DNA of 64,000 nucleotides from Gammaproteobacteria bacterium (GTDB lineage Bacteria > Pseudomonadota > Gammaproteobacteria > Poriferisulfidales > Poriferisulfidaceae). Below the pieces are notes generated by a model that worked only from the letters and a program-made list of their open reading frames with translations, had not been told where the DNA came from and ran no database searches. The first letter of the stretch is position 1. Each line of letters starts with the position of its first letter. Position numbers and translations under genes: made by a program. This document shows, one piece after another, positions 1-10,442 of the stretch. The stretch is taken from NCBI GenBank assembly GCA_026706895.1, contig JAPOXW010000027.1, forward strand, positions 8,373 through 72,372, in the 5' to 3' direction.

Positions 1-176
1 TCGTAAGTTATTCCGCAAAATACCCTTGCAGACCAGAGAACGGATACGTTCCAGAAACTCAGCAGCCGATAGCATGGGCGCCGAGGCAAGCAGGCCGCGA
101 CCGGCACCACGAAAACGGCGGCCAAGGTGGCGACAAGCACCCCCAGATAAAAACCCGTGGAACGGATGGCGGACAT
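1..176 (-). CDS. 1-acyl-sn-glycerol-3-phosphate acyltransferase-like protein, N-terminal fragment running off the window edge
   Basis: Reverse-complement translation from ATG at 174-176 gives MSAIRSTGFYLGVLVATLAAVFVVPVAACLPRRP..., a hydrophobic PlsC-like N-terminus; 10 nt downstream of gmhB stop; plsC-gmhB adjacency is common. Confidence 0.4.
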   Translation of the reverse strand, partial: MSAIRSTGFYLGVLVATLAAVFVVPVAACLPRRPCYRLLSFWNVSVLWSARVFCGITY

Positions 177-186
177 CCCGCTGCGC

Positions 187-729
187 TCAGGAAGATGGCG
201 CCAGCAGTTCGTCTACGAATGAGTACAGGTCGTCGTATATCTCGACGCCGTCCGGCAAGTCCTCGTCCTTTTCGGTCTGCCTACCGTAACCGGTACGCAC
301 GAGAATCGGGCGGGCACCAGCCGCCTTCGCCGCCTGAATGTCCGCCAATTTGTCCCCGACTGCCGGCACATCGGCAAGATCGGTCTCGCAGCGGCTTGCA
401 ATATCCTCGAACATGCCAGGGTTAGGCTTGCGGCAATAACTTCCCGTGTCCGGCGCATCCGGGCAGAAGAAGATGGCATCCACCCAACCGCCAAAGCGAC
501 CCAGCGAGTTATGCATTTTCTGATGAATCCGGTTGAGGGTGTCCATATCGATCATGCCGCGACCGATCCCCGACTGGTTGGTCGCAAGCACCACCCGATA
601 ACCCGCCTCGTTCAAGCGGGACACCGCTTGCATGCTGCTGTCGATCGGCACCCACTCCTCCGGCGTCTTGATGAAGTCCTCCCTTTCCTCGTTCAGGACT
701 CCGTCGCGATCCAGAATTATCAGTTTCAT
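187..729 (-). CDS. gmhB: D-glycero-beta-D-manno-heptose-1,7-bisphosphate 7-phosphatase (HAD family)
   Basis: N-terminal ILDRDGVLN HAD motif, GmhB-like length (180 aa). Confidence 0.85.
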   Translation of the reverse strand: MKLIILDRDGVLNEEREDFIKTPEEWVPIDSSMQAVSRLNEAGYRVVLATNQSGIGRGMIDMDTLNRIHQKMHNSLGRFGGWVDAIFFCPDAPDTGSYCRKPNPGMFEDIASRCETDLADVPAVGDKLADIQAAKAAGARPILVRTGYGRQTEKDEDLPDGVEIYDDLYSFVDELLAPSS

Positions 730-743
730 GGCCAGAATGTCGT

Positions 744-2837
744 TCAGTCCTGCAGGCGAGAGAAATCCGCGATTCCCAGAAACAGGTCCTGTAGACCCCG
801 CAAGAGACGCAGGCGATTATGACGTATTTTTTGATCTTCCGCCATCACCAGCACTTCGTCGAAGAAAGCCGAGACCGGCTCGGCCAATGCGGCGAGCGAA
901 CTCAGCGCTTCTCCGTAGGTGCCTGCCGCACAATTTTCCCGCACTTCCTCGCGTACTGCGACGAGTCGGTCCGCGAGCTCACACTCGGCGGGCTCCGTCA
1001 ACAACTCGGGGTTGATTTCGGCGTCGTTCACATCGGCCTCGCGCAAGATGTTCCGGATTCGCTTGTGTGTCGCGACCAGCACTTTCGCCTGCGGCAAGTT
1101 CCGGAAACCCTCGACCGCCCGCACCCGCCCGAAGGCATCCAGCGGTCGGGCCGACCCGACTGCCAGAACCGCCTCGATGGCGTCCCTGGACTGTCCGCGT
1201 TCGGTGCCGTACCCGTACATCCGGTCGGCCAGATAATCCAACACCGCCTGCGGAATGCCGCCGGCACGAAAGGACTCTGGGTACTCGCTGACCGCCTGCT
1301 CCAAACAGTCTTCCAAGTCCAGGTCCAAGCCGCATTCCACCACCAGGCGCAAAACGCCGTAAGCGGCACGCCGTACGCCCAGCGGGTCCCGAGTCCCAGT
1401 CGGGATTTCGCCTATCGAGAAGACTCCGGCCAGCATGTCCAGACGATCGGCCAAGGCCAGCACCTGGCCCGGCAAAGTTTCCGGCAGCGCATCATCCGCG
1501 TACCGAGGCCGGTAGTGGTCTGAAACAGCTTGGCAGACTGCATCCTCCTCCTCTTCAATTCGGGCGTAATACGCACCCATCAACCCTTGGAGCTTGGGAA
1601 ATGACTGCACGATGTCCGTTCCCAGATCCGCCTTGCACAAATGTGCTGCACGACGCACGGTTTTCACATCCGCATCCACTTTTCGGGCCACGTATTCCGC
1701 CAAACTCTCTATGCGCTGAACGCGCTCGAGAAGGGTGCCCAGTTTGCGGTGAAAGACCACCCGACCCAAGTCTTCCACACGAGAGCCAAACGGCCTTAAG
1801 CGGTCGCGCTCAAGATAAAAGGCGGCATCCTGAAGCCGGGAACACACCACCCGCTCGCAGCCCACCCTAATGTCTCCATTCACGTCCGGAAGGTTGGCAA
1901 CGGCAAAGAAATGCCGGGACAATGCACCGTCCGGCCCACGAGTCGAAAAATATTGCTGCTGATCCTCCAGCACCGCACGGATGACTTCCTCCGGCAAATT
2001 CAAGAATTCCTCATCGAAGCGTCCCGCAACTACGATTGGAAATTCCGCACTGGCGCACACTTCCTCAAGCAGGGATTCTGATCGAACCACTTCTACCTTG
2101 AACTCGGCCTCGAATTCTTCAATTTGCGATACAACCTGCTGCTTGCGTGCCGCTGTCTCTACCAGTACGCGACCCTTCTCCTTCAGGGCATTTTCGTAAG
2201 CTCCCGCATCCTCCAGTTCGACACTTTGTTCGCCAAGAAAGCGGTGGCCCCGCGTGACTGCGCCACAGGGGGTGTTCATGATTTCTCCGGCAATCGGCTC
2301 GCCACCGTACAGCAATGCCACCCATCGGACAGGGCGAAGAAAGCTTGTCTCTTCCGTTCCCCAGCGCATGCGTTTCTCAAGCGGCAATCCCGCCAAAGCT
2401 CGGTCGAAAATCTCCGGGAGCAGTTCCCGGCAATCACGGGGCTCCACCACTTCGTCAAACTTGAGCCATTCTCCCTTGTCCGTCTTCAGGCGATCCTCTC
2501 CAGCTTTCCAACGTTGCATTTGTTCCGAATCGGCTTGACATCCCTTGGCAAAACCCAGTAGTGCCCGGGTGGGTTCACCTTCCGAGTCGAAAGCGGCTTC
2601 CACCGAGGGGCCTTTGCGTATTTCGGTGGCACCGCCCGTTCGTTCCGCCACTCCCGGAATCCGTAGTGCTAGGCGCCTTGACGATGCATACGCTGTCACG
2701 GTCTGGTCGAACGGGAGACCCACTCTCTCCAGTTCGGCAACCACCGCAACGGCCAAAGACTCCTTGAGGGTCTCCAGAGAACGGGGAGGGAGTTCTTCCG
2801 TGCCGAGTTCGAACAGCACGGATCTGGCTTCGGTCAT
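744..2837 (-). CDS. glyS: glycine--tRNA ligase beta subunit
   Basis: 697 aa, typical GlyS N-terminus [11 protein letters not shown]; overlaps glyQ stop by 4 nt. Confidence 0.95.
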   Translation of the reverse strand: MTEARSVLFELGTEELPPRSLETLKESLAVAVVAELERVGLPFDQTVTAYASSRRLALRIPGVAERTGGATEIRKGPSVEAAFDSEGEPTRALLGFAKGCQADSEQMQRWKAGEDRLKTDKGEWLKFDEVVEPRDCRELLPEIFDRALAGLPLEKRMRWGTEETSFLRPVRWVALLYGGEPIAGEIMNTPCGAVTRGHRFLGEQSVELEDAGAYENALKEKGRVLVETAARKQQVVSQIEEFEAEFKVEVVRSESLLEEVCASAEFPIVVAGRFDEEFLNLPEEVIRAVLEDQQQYFSTRGPDGALSRHFFAVANLPDVNGDIRVGCERVVCSRLQDAAFYLERDRLRPFGSRVEDLGRVVFHRKLGTLLERVQRIESLAEYVARKVDADVKTVRRAAHLCKADLGTDIVQSFPKLQGLMGAYYARIEEEEDAVCQAVSDHYRPRYADDALPETLPGQVLALADRLDMLAGVFSIGEIPTGTRDPLGVRRAAYGVLRLVVECGLDLDLEDCLEQAVSEYPESFRAGGIPQAVLDYLADRMYGYGTERGQSRDAIEAVLAVGSARPLDAFGRVRAVEGFRNLPQAKVLVATHKRIRNILREADVNDAEINPELLTEPAECELADRLVAVREEVRENCAAGTYGEALSSLAALAEPVSAFFDEVLVMAEDQKIRHNRLRLLRGLQDLFLGIADFSRLQD

Positions 2838-3715
2838 TCCGCGCCCAAGGGGAAATTCAGGGCTTCGCGCGAAGCGTAGTAGGCTTCCGCGATCTTCTGC
2901 GCCCGGTCACGGATGCGCAAGATGTACTTCTGGCGTTCCGTGACGGAAATCGCATGCCGCGCATCCAGGAGATTGAAGAGATGCGAGCACCAGACCAGTT
3001 GCTCGTAGGCCGGCAATGGGAGATTCTGGTCGATCAACCGATCACATTCCCCCTCTATTTCGTCAAACTGACGAGATAGTTTCTCCGTGTCGGCTTGCTC
3101 GAAATTGTAGGTCGATTGCTCAACTTCATTCTGATGGAATAGCTGCCCGTACGTGATCGCGTCGGCTCCTTCGCCGTGCCAGACCAAGTCGAAGACACTG
3201 TCCGTTTCCTGCAGGAACATCGCGATCCGTTCGATGCCATAGGTCAATTCGCCGAGTGTCGGACGGCATTCCAGCCCTCCTGCCTGCTGAAAATACGTGA
3301 ACTGGCTGATTTCCATACCATTGAGCTGCACTTCCCAACCTAGGCCCCACGCTCCTAACGTCGGGGATTCCCAGTCGTCTTCCACGAAGCGGACATCGTT
3401 CTTGTCCAGCGCGATGCCAAGTTCTCCCAGGGACTGCAAGAACAGATCCTGAATATCGTCCGGCGAGGGCTTGAGCGCAACCTGAAACTGATAGTAACGC
3501 TGAAGACGATTCGGATTTTCTCCGTAACGCCCATCCGTCGGGCGCCGACACGGTTGCGCAAACGCGCACCGCCATGGCTCCGGGCCAATTGCCCGCAGAA
3601 AAGTTTCCGGATGGAAGGTCGCCGCACCAATCGGCAAGTCGTGCGCAGGCAGAATCACGCAACCTTGCGCCGCCCAATATTCTTCCAGTCGACGGATGAG
3701 GTTCTGGAGCGTCAT
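2834..3715 (-). CDS. glyQ: glycine--tRNA ligase alpha subunit
   Basis: 293 aa, QNLIxxLExYWAxQGC N-terminus typical of GlyQ. Confidence 0.95.
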   Translation of the reverse strand: MTLQNLIRRLEEYWAAQGCVILPAHDLPIGAATFHPETFLRAIGPEPWRCAFAQPCRRPTDGRYGENPNRLQRYYQFQVALKPSPDDIQDLFLQSLGELGIALDKNDVRFVEDDWESPTLGAWGLGWEVQLNGMEISQFTYFQQAGGLECRPTLGELTYGIERIAMFLQETDSVFDLVWHGEGADAITYGQLFHQNEVEQSTYNFEQADTEKLSRQFDEIEGECDRLIDQNLPLPAYEQLVWCSHLFNLLDARHAISVTERQKYILRIRDRAQKIAEAYYASREALNFPLGAE

Positions 3716-3789
3716 GTTGTCAGCAGAAAACGGAGTCCTGTCGAACGATTCGGACCGGTTCGTGCCGGTTAGTTTAGTCGAATATCGAT

Positions 3790-4977
3790 TTATCCCGCCA
3801 CATCGAAAATCTTGCGGTGTTCCGCGAGAATGTGCCGATCGCTCAAGCTAGCAATATAGTCGGCGATCACCCGAGCCTGACCCTCCTCACCGCGAATCTC
3901 TTTCTTCTCACGGGCCCGTTGATGCAATTCCGTCGGCAGTAACTGTGGGCGACTCATGAACGCACGAAACAACTCTCGAATAACGCCGACCGCCTTGTTG
4001 GAGGCCCGCACCAAACGGTAGTGGCAGTAATACTTCTCGTGCAGCAGCCGCGTCACCGGCGCAAGTTCGGCACGCAACTCGTCGCTGAATCCGGCCAATC
4101 GGTCGGAACAGGCACGGACGGCCTGCGGCGAGTCCGGCTGCATCTGTTCAATCCGTTTTTGGGTGGCGAGAATCAGGTCGACCATCATGGCCGTGATCAT
4201 GCGCCGGTTGGCTTCATGCAACAAGGCATGCCGAGACAACTTCGGTGAGGCATTCTCCGCCTCGCCATAGGCGCGGGAAAACAGCGCCAATTCCCGCACC
4301 TCCTTGAGATTCAGGAAACCCAGTCGCAAGCCATCATCCAGATCATGGTTGGTATATGCGATCTGGTCGGCAAAATCCACCAACTGCGCCTCCAAGGTCG
4401 GCGACTCGCCCTTGAGAAAACGTTCTCCCAGCGGACCCAAAGTTTTGGCGATTTCTTTCGGGCAGCGCTTCAGTACTCCTTCACGTGTCTCAAAAGTCAG
4501 ATTGAGGCCACGAAAGTCGGCGTATTTGTACTCCAGTTTGTCGATCACGCGCAATGATTGCAGGTTGTGTTCGAATCCTCCGTACTCTTTCATGCAGTCA
4601 TCCAGCGCATCTTGCCCGGCATGCCCGAATGGCGTATGACCCAGGTCGTGGGCCAGTGCAATCGATTCAGACAGATCTTCATTGAGGCGCAGGGCCCGCG
4701 CCAACGTGCGCGAAAGCTTGGCCACTTCGATGCTGTGCGTCAGTCGGGTCCGGAAAGATCCATCCGCATGATTCACCATGACCTGGGTCTTGTACTCCAG
4801 GCTGCGGAAAGCGGCCGAGTGAATGATCCGGTCGCAATCACGCTGGTACAGCGTCCTGAATTCGTCCGGAGGCTCCGCATGCTGCCGCCCGAGCGAATTG
4901 GATTCGCTGGCTGCGTAAGGGGCAAACCCGGTCTGATCCGACCCGCCGCCCCGCGCTTCCAGCAAATCGACTGCCAC
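3790..4977 (-). CDS. dgt: dGTPase-like HD-domain triphosphohydrolase
   Basis: HD motif region ([10 protein letters not shown]), 395 aa dGTP triphosphohydrolase-like. Confidence 0.8.
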   Translation of the reverse strand: MAVDLLEARGGGSDQTGFAPYAASESNSLGRQHAEPPDEFRTLYQRDCDRIIHSAAFRSLEYKTQVMVNHADGSFRTRLTHSIEVAKLSRTLARALRLNEDLSESIALAHDLGHTPFGHAGQDALDDCMKEYGGFEHNLQSLRVIDKLEYKYADFRGLNLTFETREGVLKRCPKEIAKTLGPLGERFLKGESPTLEAQLVDFADQIAYTNHDLDDGLRLGFLNLKEVRELALFSRAYGEAENASPKLSRHALLHEANRRMITAMMVDLILATQKRIEQMQPDSPQAVRACSDRLAGFSDELRAELAPVTRLLHEKYYCHYRLVRASNKAVGVIRELFRAFMSRPQLLPTELHQRAREKKEIRGEEGQARVIADYIASLSDRHILAEHRKIFDVAG

Positions 4978-4981
4978 GGGT

Positions 4982-6058
4982 TCAGCGCACTCCCGCCAAC
5001 GTGGCCGACAACAGCCGTTCGTCCACCTGATCGGTCACTTCCGCCTGTCCGATCGCGTGCATCAGGATGAAACGCTGCCGTCCTCCAACATTCTTCTTGT
5101 CGTGACGCATATGAGCACGTAACTGTTCGACCCCCAGTTCTTCCGGCAGCCGGGTCGGCAGCCCTGCACGGTCAACCAGTGCCTGTATCCGTTCTGCCGC
5201 CTGAACCTCAAGCCAACCCATTCGAACCGACAGGTCGGCGGCAAGCACTAGGCCGCAGGCTACCGCTTCACCATGACACCATTGTGCATAACCCTGCTCG
5301 GTCTCGATCGCATGTGCGAAAGTGTGGCCCAAGTTCAGCAATGCGCGGGCACCGGTACGTTCGCGCTCGTCGGCAGCCACGATCCGCGCCTTGCTGGCGC
5401 AGGACGTCTTGATCGCATACGTCAAGGCTTCCGTCTCCAGCGCCAAAACCTCCTCAAGGTGGTCTTCCAGCCACTCGAAAAATTCCGCATCGTCAATCAA
5501 ACCGTATTTGATGACCTCGGCCACGCCCGCACGCATCTCGCGTTCCGGCAGACTGCGCAGTGTTATCGGGTCGATCAGTACTGCTTTCGGCTGCCAGAAT
5601 GCGCCGATCATGTTCTTGCCAAGCGGATGGTTGACGCCAGTTTTACCGCCGACCGAGGCATCCACCTGCGCCAGCAACGTCGTCGGAACCTGCACGAAAT
5701 CCACGCCGCGCATGTAGGTGGCGGCAGCAAATCCGGTCATGTCGCCGACCACGCCTCCCCCGACCGCGACGAAGGTCGCGCCGCGCCCGAGTTCCTGCTC
5801 CAGAAGCCAGGTATAAAGCCCGTTCAGGTCCTCCAGCGTCTTGTGCTGCTCCCCGTCCGGCAGCACGTAGCATCCACGGCAAGCCGGACCCAAGGCCTCC
5901 GCGAGAGGCCGGGCATACAGATTTTCCACCCCCGGATGCGTTACCAGCACGGCCTCGGCTCCCATCAAGGGACCCCAGCGCGCGGAATCTTCAAGCAATC
6001 CTTCACCGATCAGGATCGGGTACGAAGCACCCTGAAGAGGAACGGTCAGTTCATGCAC
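4982..6058 (-). CDS. aroB: 3-dehydroquinate synthase
   Basis: 358 aa; GGGVxGDxxGFAAAxYMRGV and NLGHTFxHAIE motifs. Confidence 0.9.
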   Translation of the reverse strand: MHELTVPLQGASYPILIGEGLLEDSARWGPLMGAEAVLVTHPGVENLYARPLAEALGPACRGCYVLPDGEQHKTLEDLNGLYTWLLEQELGRGATFVAVGGGVVGDMTGFAAATYMRGVDFVQVPTTLLAQVDASVGGKTGVNHPLGKNMIGAFWQPKAVLIDPITLRSLPEREMRAGVAEVIKYGLIDDAEFFEWLEDHLEEVLALETEALTYAIKTSCASKARIVAADERERTGARALLNLGHTFAHAIETEQGYAQWCHGEAVACGLVLAADLSVRMGWLEVQAAERIQALVDRAGLPTRLPEELGVEQLRAHMRHDKKNVGGRQRFILMHAIGQAEVTDQVDERLLSATLAGVR

Positions 6059-6316
6059 TAAAACCTCCGTTTCAATTTAAATTATTGTGCCGTTGGAATA
6101 GGCGGAAGATTTCGCCTTACCTCCCAAACTAGCCTCAAGAAGCCACAATGGAAAATCCTATCAATCATTGCAAAATCAAGGCATATTTTCAAGAACAAGT
6201 GTAACTACTTGGATTTTATGAGTATGACAGGCTTAATTGTGATCGTTTCCAACATGTCAACCACCCAAGCCAATCAGAGAAATCCGTTCATGTTGCCGTT
6301 CCAGCTATAGCGCCCC

Positions 6317-8167
6317 TCAAACTTTCTCCAGTCGATTTGGAGACCAGCACAACTTGGCTAGGGCTATGTAGAGTGCCTGCCGATCGTCCAAGTCTGCCTT
6401 CTTGAATGCCTCTTTGGCAGCGAAAGATAGACCTGTTGCCTGCCTGAATTTTTTGAATCCTGGGTTGTTCTTGTAGGCATCAGGGTGTAGCGATTGAGCT
6501 AGCAAATTATGCTTAACGTAGTGATCACGTTTCTTCTCGAATGTCATGTCGCTGTAGCTGGCATTATCTGGTCCAGGCAGCAGGACAAGTCCGCCGATAC
6601 GGTTTCGATAGGCTGCGAAATCTTCCGGGTGATCGAATTCATCCTCAAATTGCTCGGGATGGTCAGCCCAAATATGCTCAATCTGATAGCCATCCTTCTT
6701 GGCCGACCGTTTCGCATATTCTGGATAGCGGGCCGGTTTATTCGACTGAACTTCGGCGTATTCCGTCAGGCGAGCCAATAGGCGATGCACCTGCGGTCCG
6801 TTAGTGCCATGCAAATGAAAGGCCTCCTGCGTCTCGAAGTCGATGTACTCATCACCACGTGTCGCCCCCTGAGGCGATAAGCGGTGGATCAAATCGGCCC
6901 TGAGTGCTTCCAAATCCATCCCCCGAATTGCCTTCATGATGAGAAAGGCTCGGTATTGCATCGTGGAGTGGTCGATGGCTTTGAAGTTCCACATCCGCCG
7001 AGCTAACATGATCTCGACAAACATCGCGACCAACCACATCTTACGGCTCACCGTACCGTCGTCGTCACCTTGCCGCAGCGGTGCCAACATCAAGGGATAT
7101 TGCAGGGTGAAGCTGCTCTGCTCGTTGAAATAGACCGAAGAAGACTCATCGGTGTAATTGCTGGCAGCATGACAAGCACGGGTGTAGGCCCGGGCGTAAA
7201 AGTCAAAATCATTTGTGACGAATGATTCAAACTTGGCACTTGAGGTGAGTTTGATCCGATCCCGGTTCTCTCTTACCCAACGGTGGAATTCGGTTCCAAT
7301 TTTGTCGAAGTCCTCAGGCTTAGCACCTGCTTTCCGTTCCCTGATCTTATCGGCATACTGGCTACGTAGCCATGTCTTAACACAGTAGGCATCCTCGTCC
7401 TTGCCATGGTTTCTGAGCTTTTCCATCTTGTCTTTCCATACGTTATCTGCCCGGTCACGGCTATCATCGTCAGTGATATTCGCGAGCAAATAGCCTTTGA
7501 GCATATCCGTAGGGGTCAGGGATAGACCCCGGTCGTTCATCGTCTCGAAGATCGTGTAAGCATCATCATCGGAAGGCGCCGTGATTTCCACCAGCATAAC
7601 TTTCTCGGTCAACCAGTCAAGAAAGTATGGAAGAGCGTCGCCCCGAAGTTCTTCGGGAAAGATTTCGGCGATGTCACTGTAGCGATTGATTAGATTCTGA
7701 ACGGAGGGAGGTTCATCTGTCAGGTCTGGAACTTCACCGCTGATTAGCGCTTGAAGGCAAGCGTTACGTTCTGGGACATTCAGATTGAAGGACTTGTTGC
7801 CGAACCGAGTCGAGTAAATCAGGTTGGAGACTTCAACTCTTTGTTCTTCAGGGCGATCTTTCTGGAGGCCATTGAGATAGATTAGAAGGAGGGTAAGCGA
7901 GGTCAATCGCTGCTGTCCATCAACGATGAAGCGATCATCATTCTTTTCCGAGATGATTATCGAGCCAAGAAAATACTGCCCATAGTTGGTAACGGCTTTG
8001 CGCTCATGGGTGGATTGATAGTCGCGTATGAATCGGCTAGTCAGATCCTCAATGAGTTCCTTGATTTGCTTGGCCTCCCATTTGTAATCGCGCTGGTAGT
8101 AGTCGATCCGGAACTTCTGCTCCAATAGAAATTTCACAGACTTATCGTTACCTCGAATTCTTCTCAT
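6317..8167 (-). CDS. GmrSD-family DUF262 (ParB-like, DGQQR) + DUF1524 (His-Me finger) nuclease; candidate type IV restriction / defence nuclease
   Basis: N-terminal DGQQRLTSL motif (DUF262); C-terminal QIEHIWADHPEQF... (DUF1524 HNH-like); 616 aa; visibly lower GC than flanks. Confidence 0.8.
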   Translation of the reverse strand: MRRIRGNDKSVKFLLEQKFRIDYYQRDYKWEAKQIKELIEDLTSRFIRDYQSTHERKAVTNYGQYFLGSIIISEKNDDRFIVDGQQRLTSLTLLLIYLNGLQKDRPEEQRVEVSNLIYSTRFGNKSFNLNVPERNACLQALISGEVPDLTDEPPSVQNLINRYSDIAEIFPEELRGDALPYFLDWLTEKVMLVEITAPSDDDAYTIFETMNDRGLSLTPTDMLKGYLLANITDDDSRDRADNVWKDKMEKLRNHGKDEDAYCVKTWLRSQYADKIRERKAGAKPEDFDKIGTEFHRWVRENRDRIKLTSSAKFESFVTNDFDFYARAYTRACHAASNYTDESSSVYFNEQSSFTLQYPLMLAPLRQGDDDGTVSRKMWLVAMFVEIMLARRMWNFKAIDHSTMQYRAFLIMKAIRGMDLEALRADLIHRLSPQGATRGDEYIDFETQEAFHLHGTNGPQVHRLLARLTEYAEVQSNKPARYPEYAKRSAKKDGYQIEHIWADHPEQFEDEFDHPEDFAAYRNRIGGLVLLPGPDNASYSDMTFEKKRDHYVKHNLLAQSLHPDAYKNNPGFKKFRQATGLSFAAKEAFKKADLDDRQALYIALAKLCWSPNRLEKV

Positions 8168-8287
8168 TGGGCATATTCTCCTAGGAGTAATTTGGGTGGA
8201 TTCTAGTCTTTGGCTTGGATGGCTGATATGCTGGAAAAGATCGGAATCGAACTTATTACGCCCACAATGTCCGAGTTGCGAACAAGC

Positions 8288-8773
8288 TTATATTGAGATT
8301 GAGAAAGAACTGTCGGGTCCGTTATAGACCAGAATACATTGCGACAGAACGTCTCTGCCTATAAGTGCTATTAGACCCTGTTCAACAAGATTAACTCCGT
8401 AAGCCCGGTGTGCCAACAGATTGATATTCGCGCCCTGAATAGTCAACGATCCGGCATAGATGGGGACAGTTTCGTTGGCACGCGTGACTGAATGCAGGGG
8501 GCCACTATCAACAACCGGTAAACCAGCTCGACCTGCGGCATCACTGTCAACACAAGTTGCGCTGGCTCCTGTATCTATTAGCGCATAACCCACTACCGGC
8601 ACAGGAACCTCTTCACCCTTTCCACTGATGGCATCGATTTGCTCCTTCAACTGGGCCAAGGTAATTTGTACTCTGGGGCCGATCTGATTCAACGCCATCT
8701 CAAGGGGAACCGGTACATGGTTCCCAATGGCATCGTGCGCTTCTGCTTGGATACGAATGTTAAGTATGGGCAA
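8288..8773 (-). CDS. retropepsin-like (clan AA) aspartic protease
   Basis: LIDTGASATCV catalytic D-T/S-G-A motif preceded by hydrophobic beta-strand VPVPVVGYA; 161 aa. Confidence 0.65.
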   Translation of the reverse strand: MPILNIRIQAEAHDAIGNHVPVPLEMALNQIGPRVQITLAQLKEQIDAISGKGEEVPVPVVGYALIDTGASATCVDSDAAGRAGLPVVDSGPLHSVTRANETVPIYAGSLTIQGANINLLAHRAYGVNLVEQGLIALIGRDVLSQCILVYNGPDSSFSISI

Positions 8774-9026
8774 CGAAGGGTACTCCTACTGAAAGTGCTG
8801 GAATACTGGGAGATTCCACATCATCCGGTTGTAGTACGGACCGAACCAGAAATGGACCTGTCCCAAACAATTTGGCTCCCTCGCTGACACCCTGTTCATA
8901 GGTTTCAAAGCCGCCCATTACCTCCTCTCCCTTTATGAGAAGGTATTTGCCTGGGAACCGATCAGAAAGTTCTTTTTGGTTCTCCTTCAAGAACTTCTTT
9001 TCCCGAATGAGTGGGTCAGCCAACAT
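8760..9026 (-). CDS. small hypothetical protein overlapping protease start (possibly DUF5678-like partner)
   Basis: 88 aa ORF; AGGA RBS; near-consensus promoter upstream; 14-nt out-of-frame overlap with protease gene. Confidence 0.4.
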   Translation of the reverse strand: MLADPLIREKKFLKENQKELSDRFPGKYLLIKGEEVMGGFETYEQGVSEGAKLFGTGPFLVRSVLQPDDVESPSIPALSVGVPFVAHT

Positions 9027-9079
9027 AGGTTCCTGCTTCGCTTGCGAAAAAACACTCCTACCCCCTTTGGAGTGGATTT

Positions 9080-9108
9080 ATTATAGATTTTATTCGCCTG
9101 ACTGTCCA
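9080..9108 (-). promoter_or_regulatory. sigma70-like promoter (TGGACA-N17-TATAAT on minus strand) for small-ORF/protease operon
   Basis: Reverse complement of 9103-9108 = TGGACA, of 9080-9085 = TATAAT, 17-nt spacer, ~50 nt upstream of ORF start at 9026. Confidence 0.45.
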
Positions 9109-9183
9109 CGATTTTGAGCGACAGCACGACAATGAAAACGCTAACCACGGCTGTATACTGGCCGTGTTTGATTCCGCCTACCC

Positions 9184-9555
9184 ATGCCCGAAACCCTGCT
9201 TTTGACTGCCGGCCGTCACACTGCCACGATCACTTGCTACGACACGCCGACCGCGCAGGCGATTTGTGCCGCTCTGCCGATCCAGTCCGAAGTCCACACC
9301 TGGGGGCAGGAAATCTACTTCGGGGTACCCGTCGAAGCCACCCTTGAAACCGATGCTCGCGATGTAGTGGAGGCTGGCGAGATCGCGTTCTGGGTGGAAG
9401 GTCGGTGCATTGCGGTTGGTTTCGGGCCGACTCCCATTTCACGCGGTGACGAGATCCGGCTCGCGGCGGCGGTCAATGTCTGGGGACACGCGGACGACGT
9501 CCACGGTTTCGCCGCCTGCACCCCCGGCGACCCGGTCATGGTGCGCCGCGCATGA
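9184..9555 (+). CDS. cyclophilin-like fold protein (DUF3830-like)
   Basis: 123 aa; AICAALP...WGxEIYF pattern recalled from DUF3830/cyclophilin-like family. Confidence 0.5.
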   Translation: MPETLLLTAGRHTATITCYDTPTAQAICAALPIQSEVHTWGQEIYFGVPVEATLETDARDVVEAGEIAFWVEGRCIAVGFGPTPISRGDEIRLAAAVNVWGHADDVHGFAACTPGDPVMVRRA

Positions 9556-9863
9556 ATCCGGTTCGCGGGAAATTCCCGGCTCCTCCCGAGCCCGAAAAAG
9601 TCGCTTCAGACTGGCAACAGCGCGGTTTCTCCTGCGGCACATTCGAAGACCCCCCGGGACGCGCCTGGCGAGACTTTACTCACGACAGCAACGAACTGAT
9701 TACGGTTGTGGAGGGCCGGCTGCAATTGACCCTGGAAGGGACCGACATGATCCTGGAACCCGGAGACGAAGCTTTCATCCCGCGGAATTGTCTTCATTCG
9801 GTTGTCAATATCGCCCCGACCCGCACCGTCTGGCTGTATGGCTACGACAGGCCAGGCGTCTGA
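9552..9863 (+). CDS. cupin domain protein
   Basis: 103 aa; G-x5-ExGDxxFIPxNxxHS cupin motifs; overlaps the preceding gene by 4 nt and the aroK 3' end (convergent) by 22 nt. Confidence 0.55.
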   Translation: MNPVRGKFPAPPEPEKVASDWQQRGFSCGTFEDPPGRAWRDFTHDSNELITVVEGRLQLTLEGTDMILEPGDEAFIPRNCLHSVVNIAPTRTVWLYGYDRPGV

Positions 9864-10381
9864 TCAAGCCACTCGACGATATTTTCGCAGGCTGCACGCG
9901 CCGTCAGGCCATCCATGTTGACCTGATAGTCGCATAATTCCCGGTATAACGGGTCGCGTTCGAGAGACAGCCGTTTCAAAACCTCTTCCGGATCCCCACT
10001 CTGCAGTAACGGGCGGGTACGGTCGGCACGCAAGTGCTGCAATTGGGCCTCCAGCGGCACGCGAAGGTAGATGACCGTGCCTCGCGAAGCCAAGAGGCGA
10101 CGGTTGTCGGCATCCAGAACGGCGCCCCCACCGGTCGCCAATACGATATTCTTCCGTTCGACCAGTTCCGCGATGACCTCGCGTTCCCGACGACGGAACC
10201 CCTGCTCGCCCTCATGCTCAAAAATTTCCGAGACCGTCACTCCGGTGCGCTCTTGCAAGACTGCATCGCTGTCGAGGAATTCCCGCCCCATCGCTTTCGC
10301 CAGCATGGAGCCGACCGTCGTCTTCCCCGCACCCATCGGGCCGATCAGAAATACATTGGAGGGGTGAACGGGTATGTCCAT
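9842..10381 (-). CDS. aroK: shikimate kinase
   Basis: GPMGAGKTTVG P-loop, 179 aa. Confidence 0.9.
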   Translation of the reverse strand: MDIPVHPSNVFLIGPMGAGKTTVGSMLAKAMGREFLDSDAVLQERTGVTVSEIFEHEGEQGFRRREREVIAELVERKNIVLATGGGAVLDADNRRLLASRGTVIYLRVPLEAQLQHLRADRTRPLLQSGDPEEVLKRLSLERDPLYRELCDYQVNMDGLTARAACENIVEWLDQTPGLS

Positions 10382-10442
10382 AACGCGTCATCATGATCAA
10401 AGCCACACTATACTGTAGCCCTGCCCGTACTCCAGTTCCGAC

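Noticed and set aside
5273-6061. 262-aa plus-strand ORF
   Set aside because: It is antisense to aroB.
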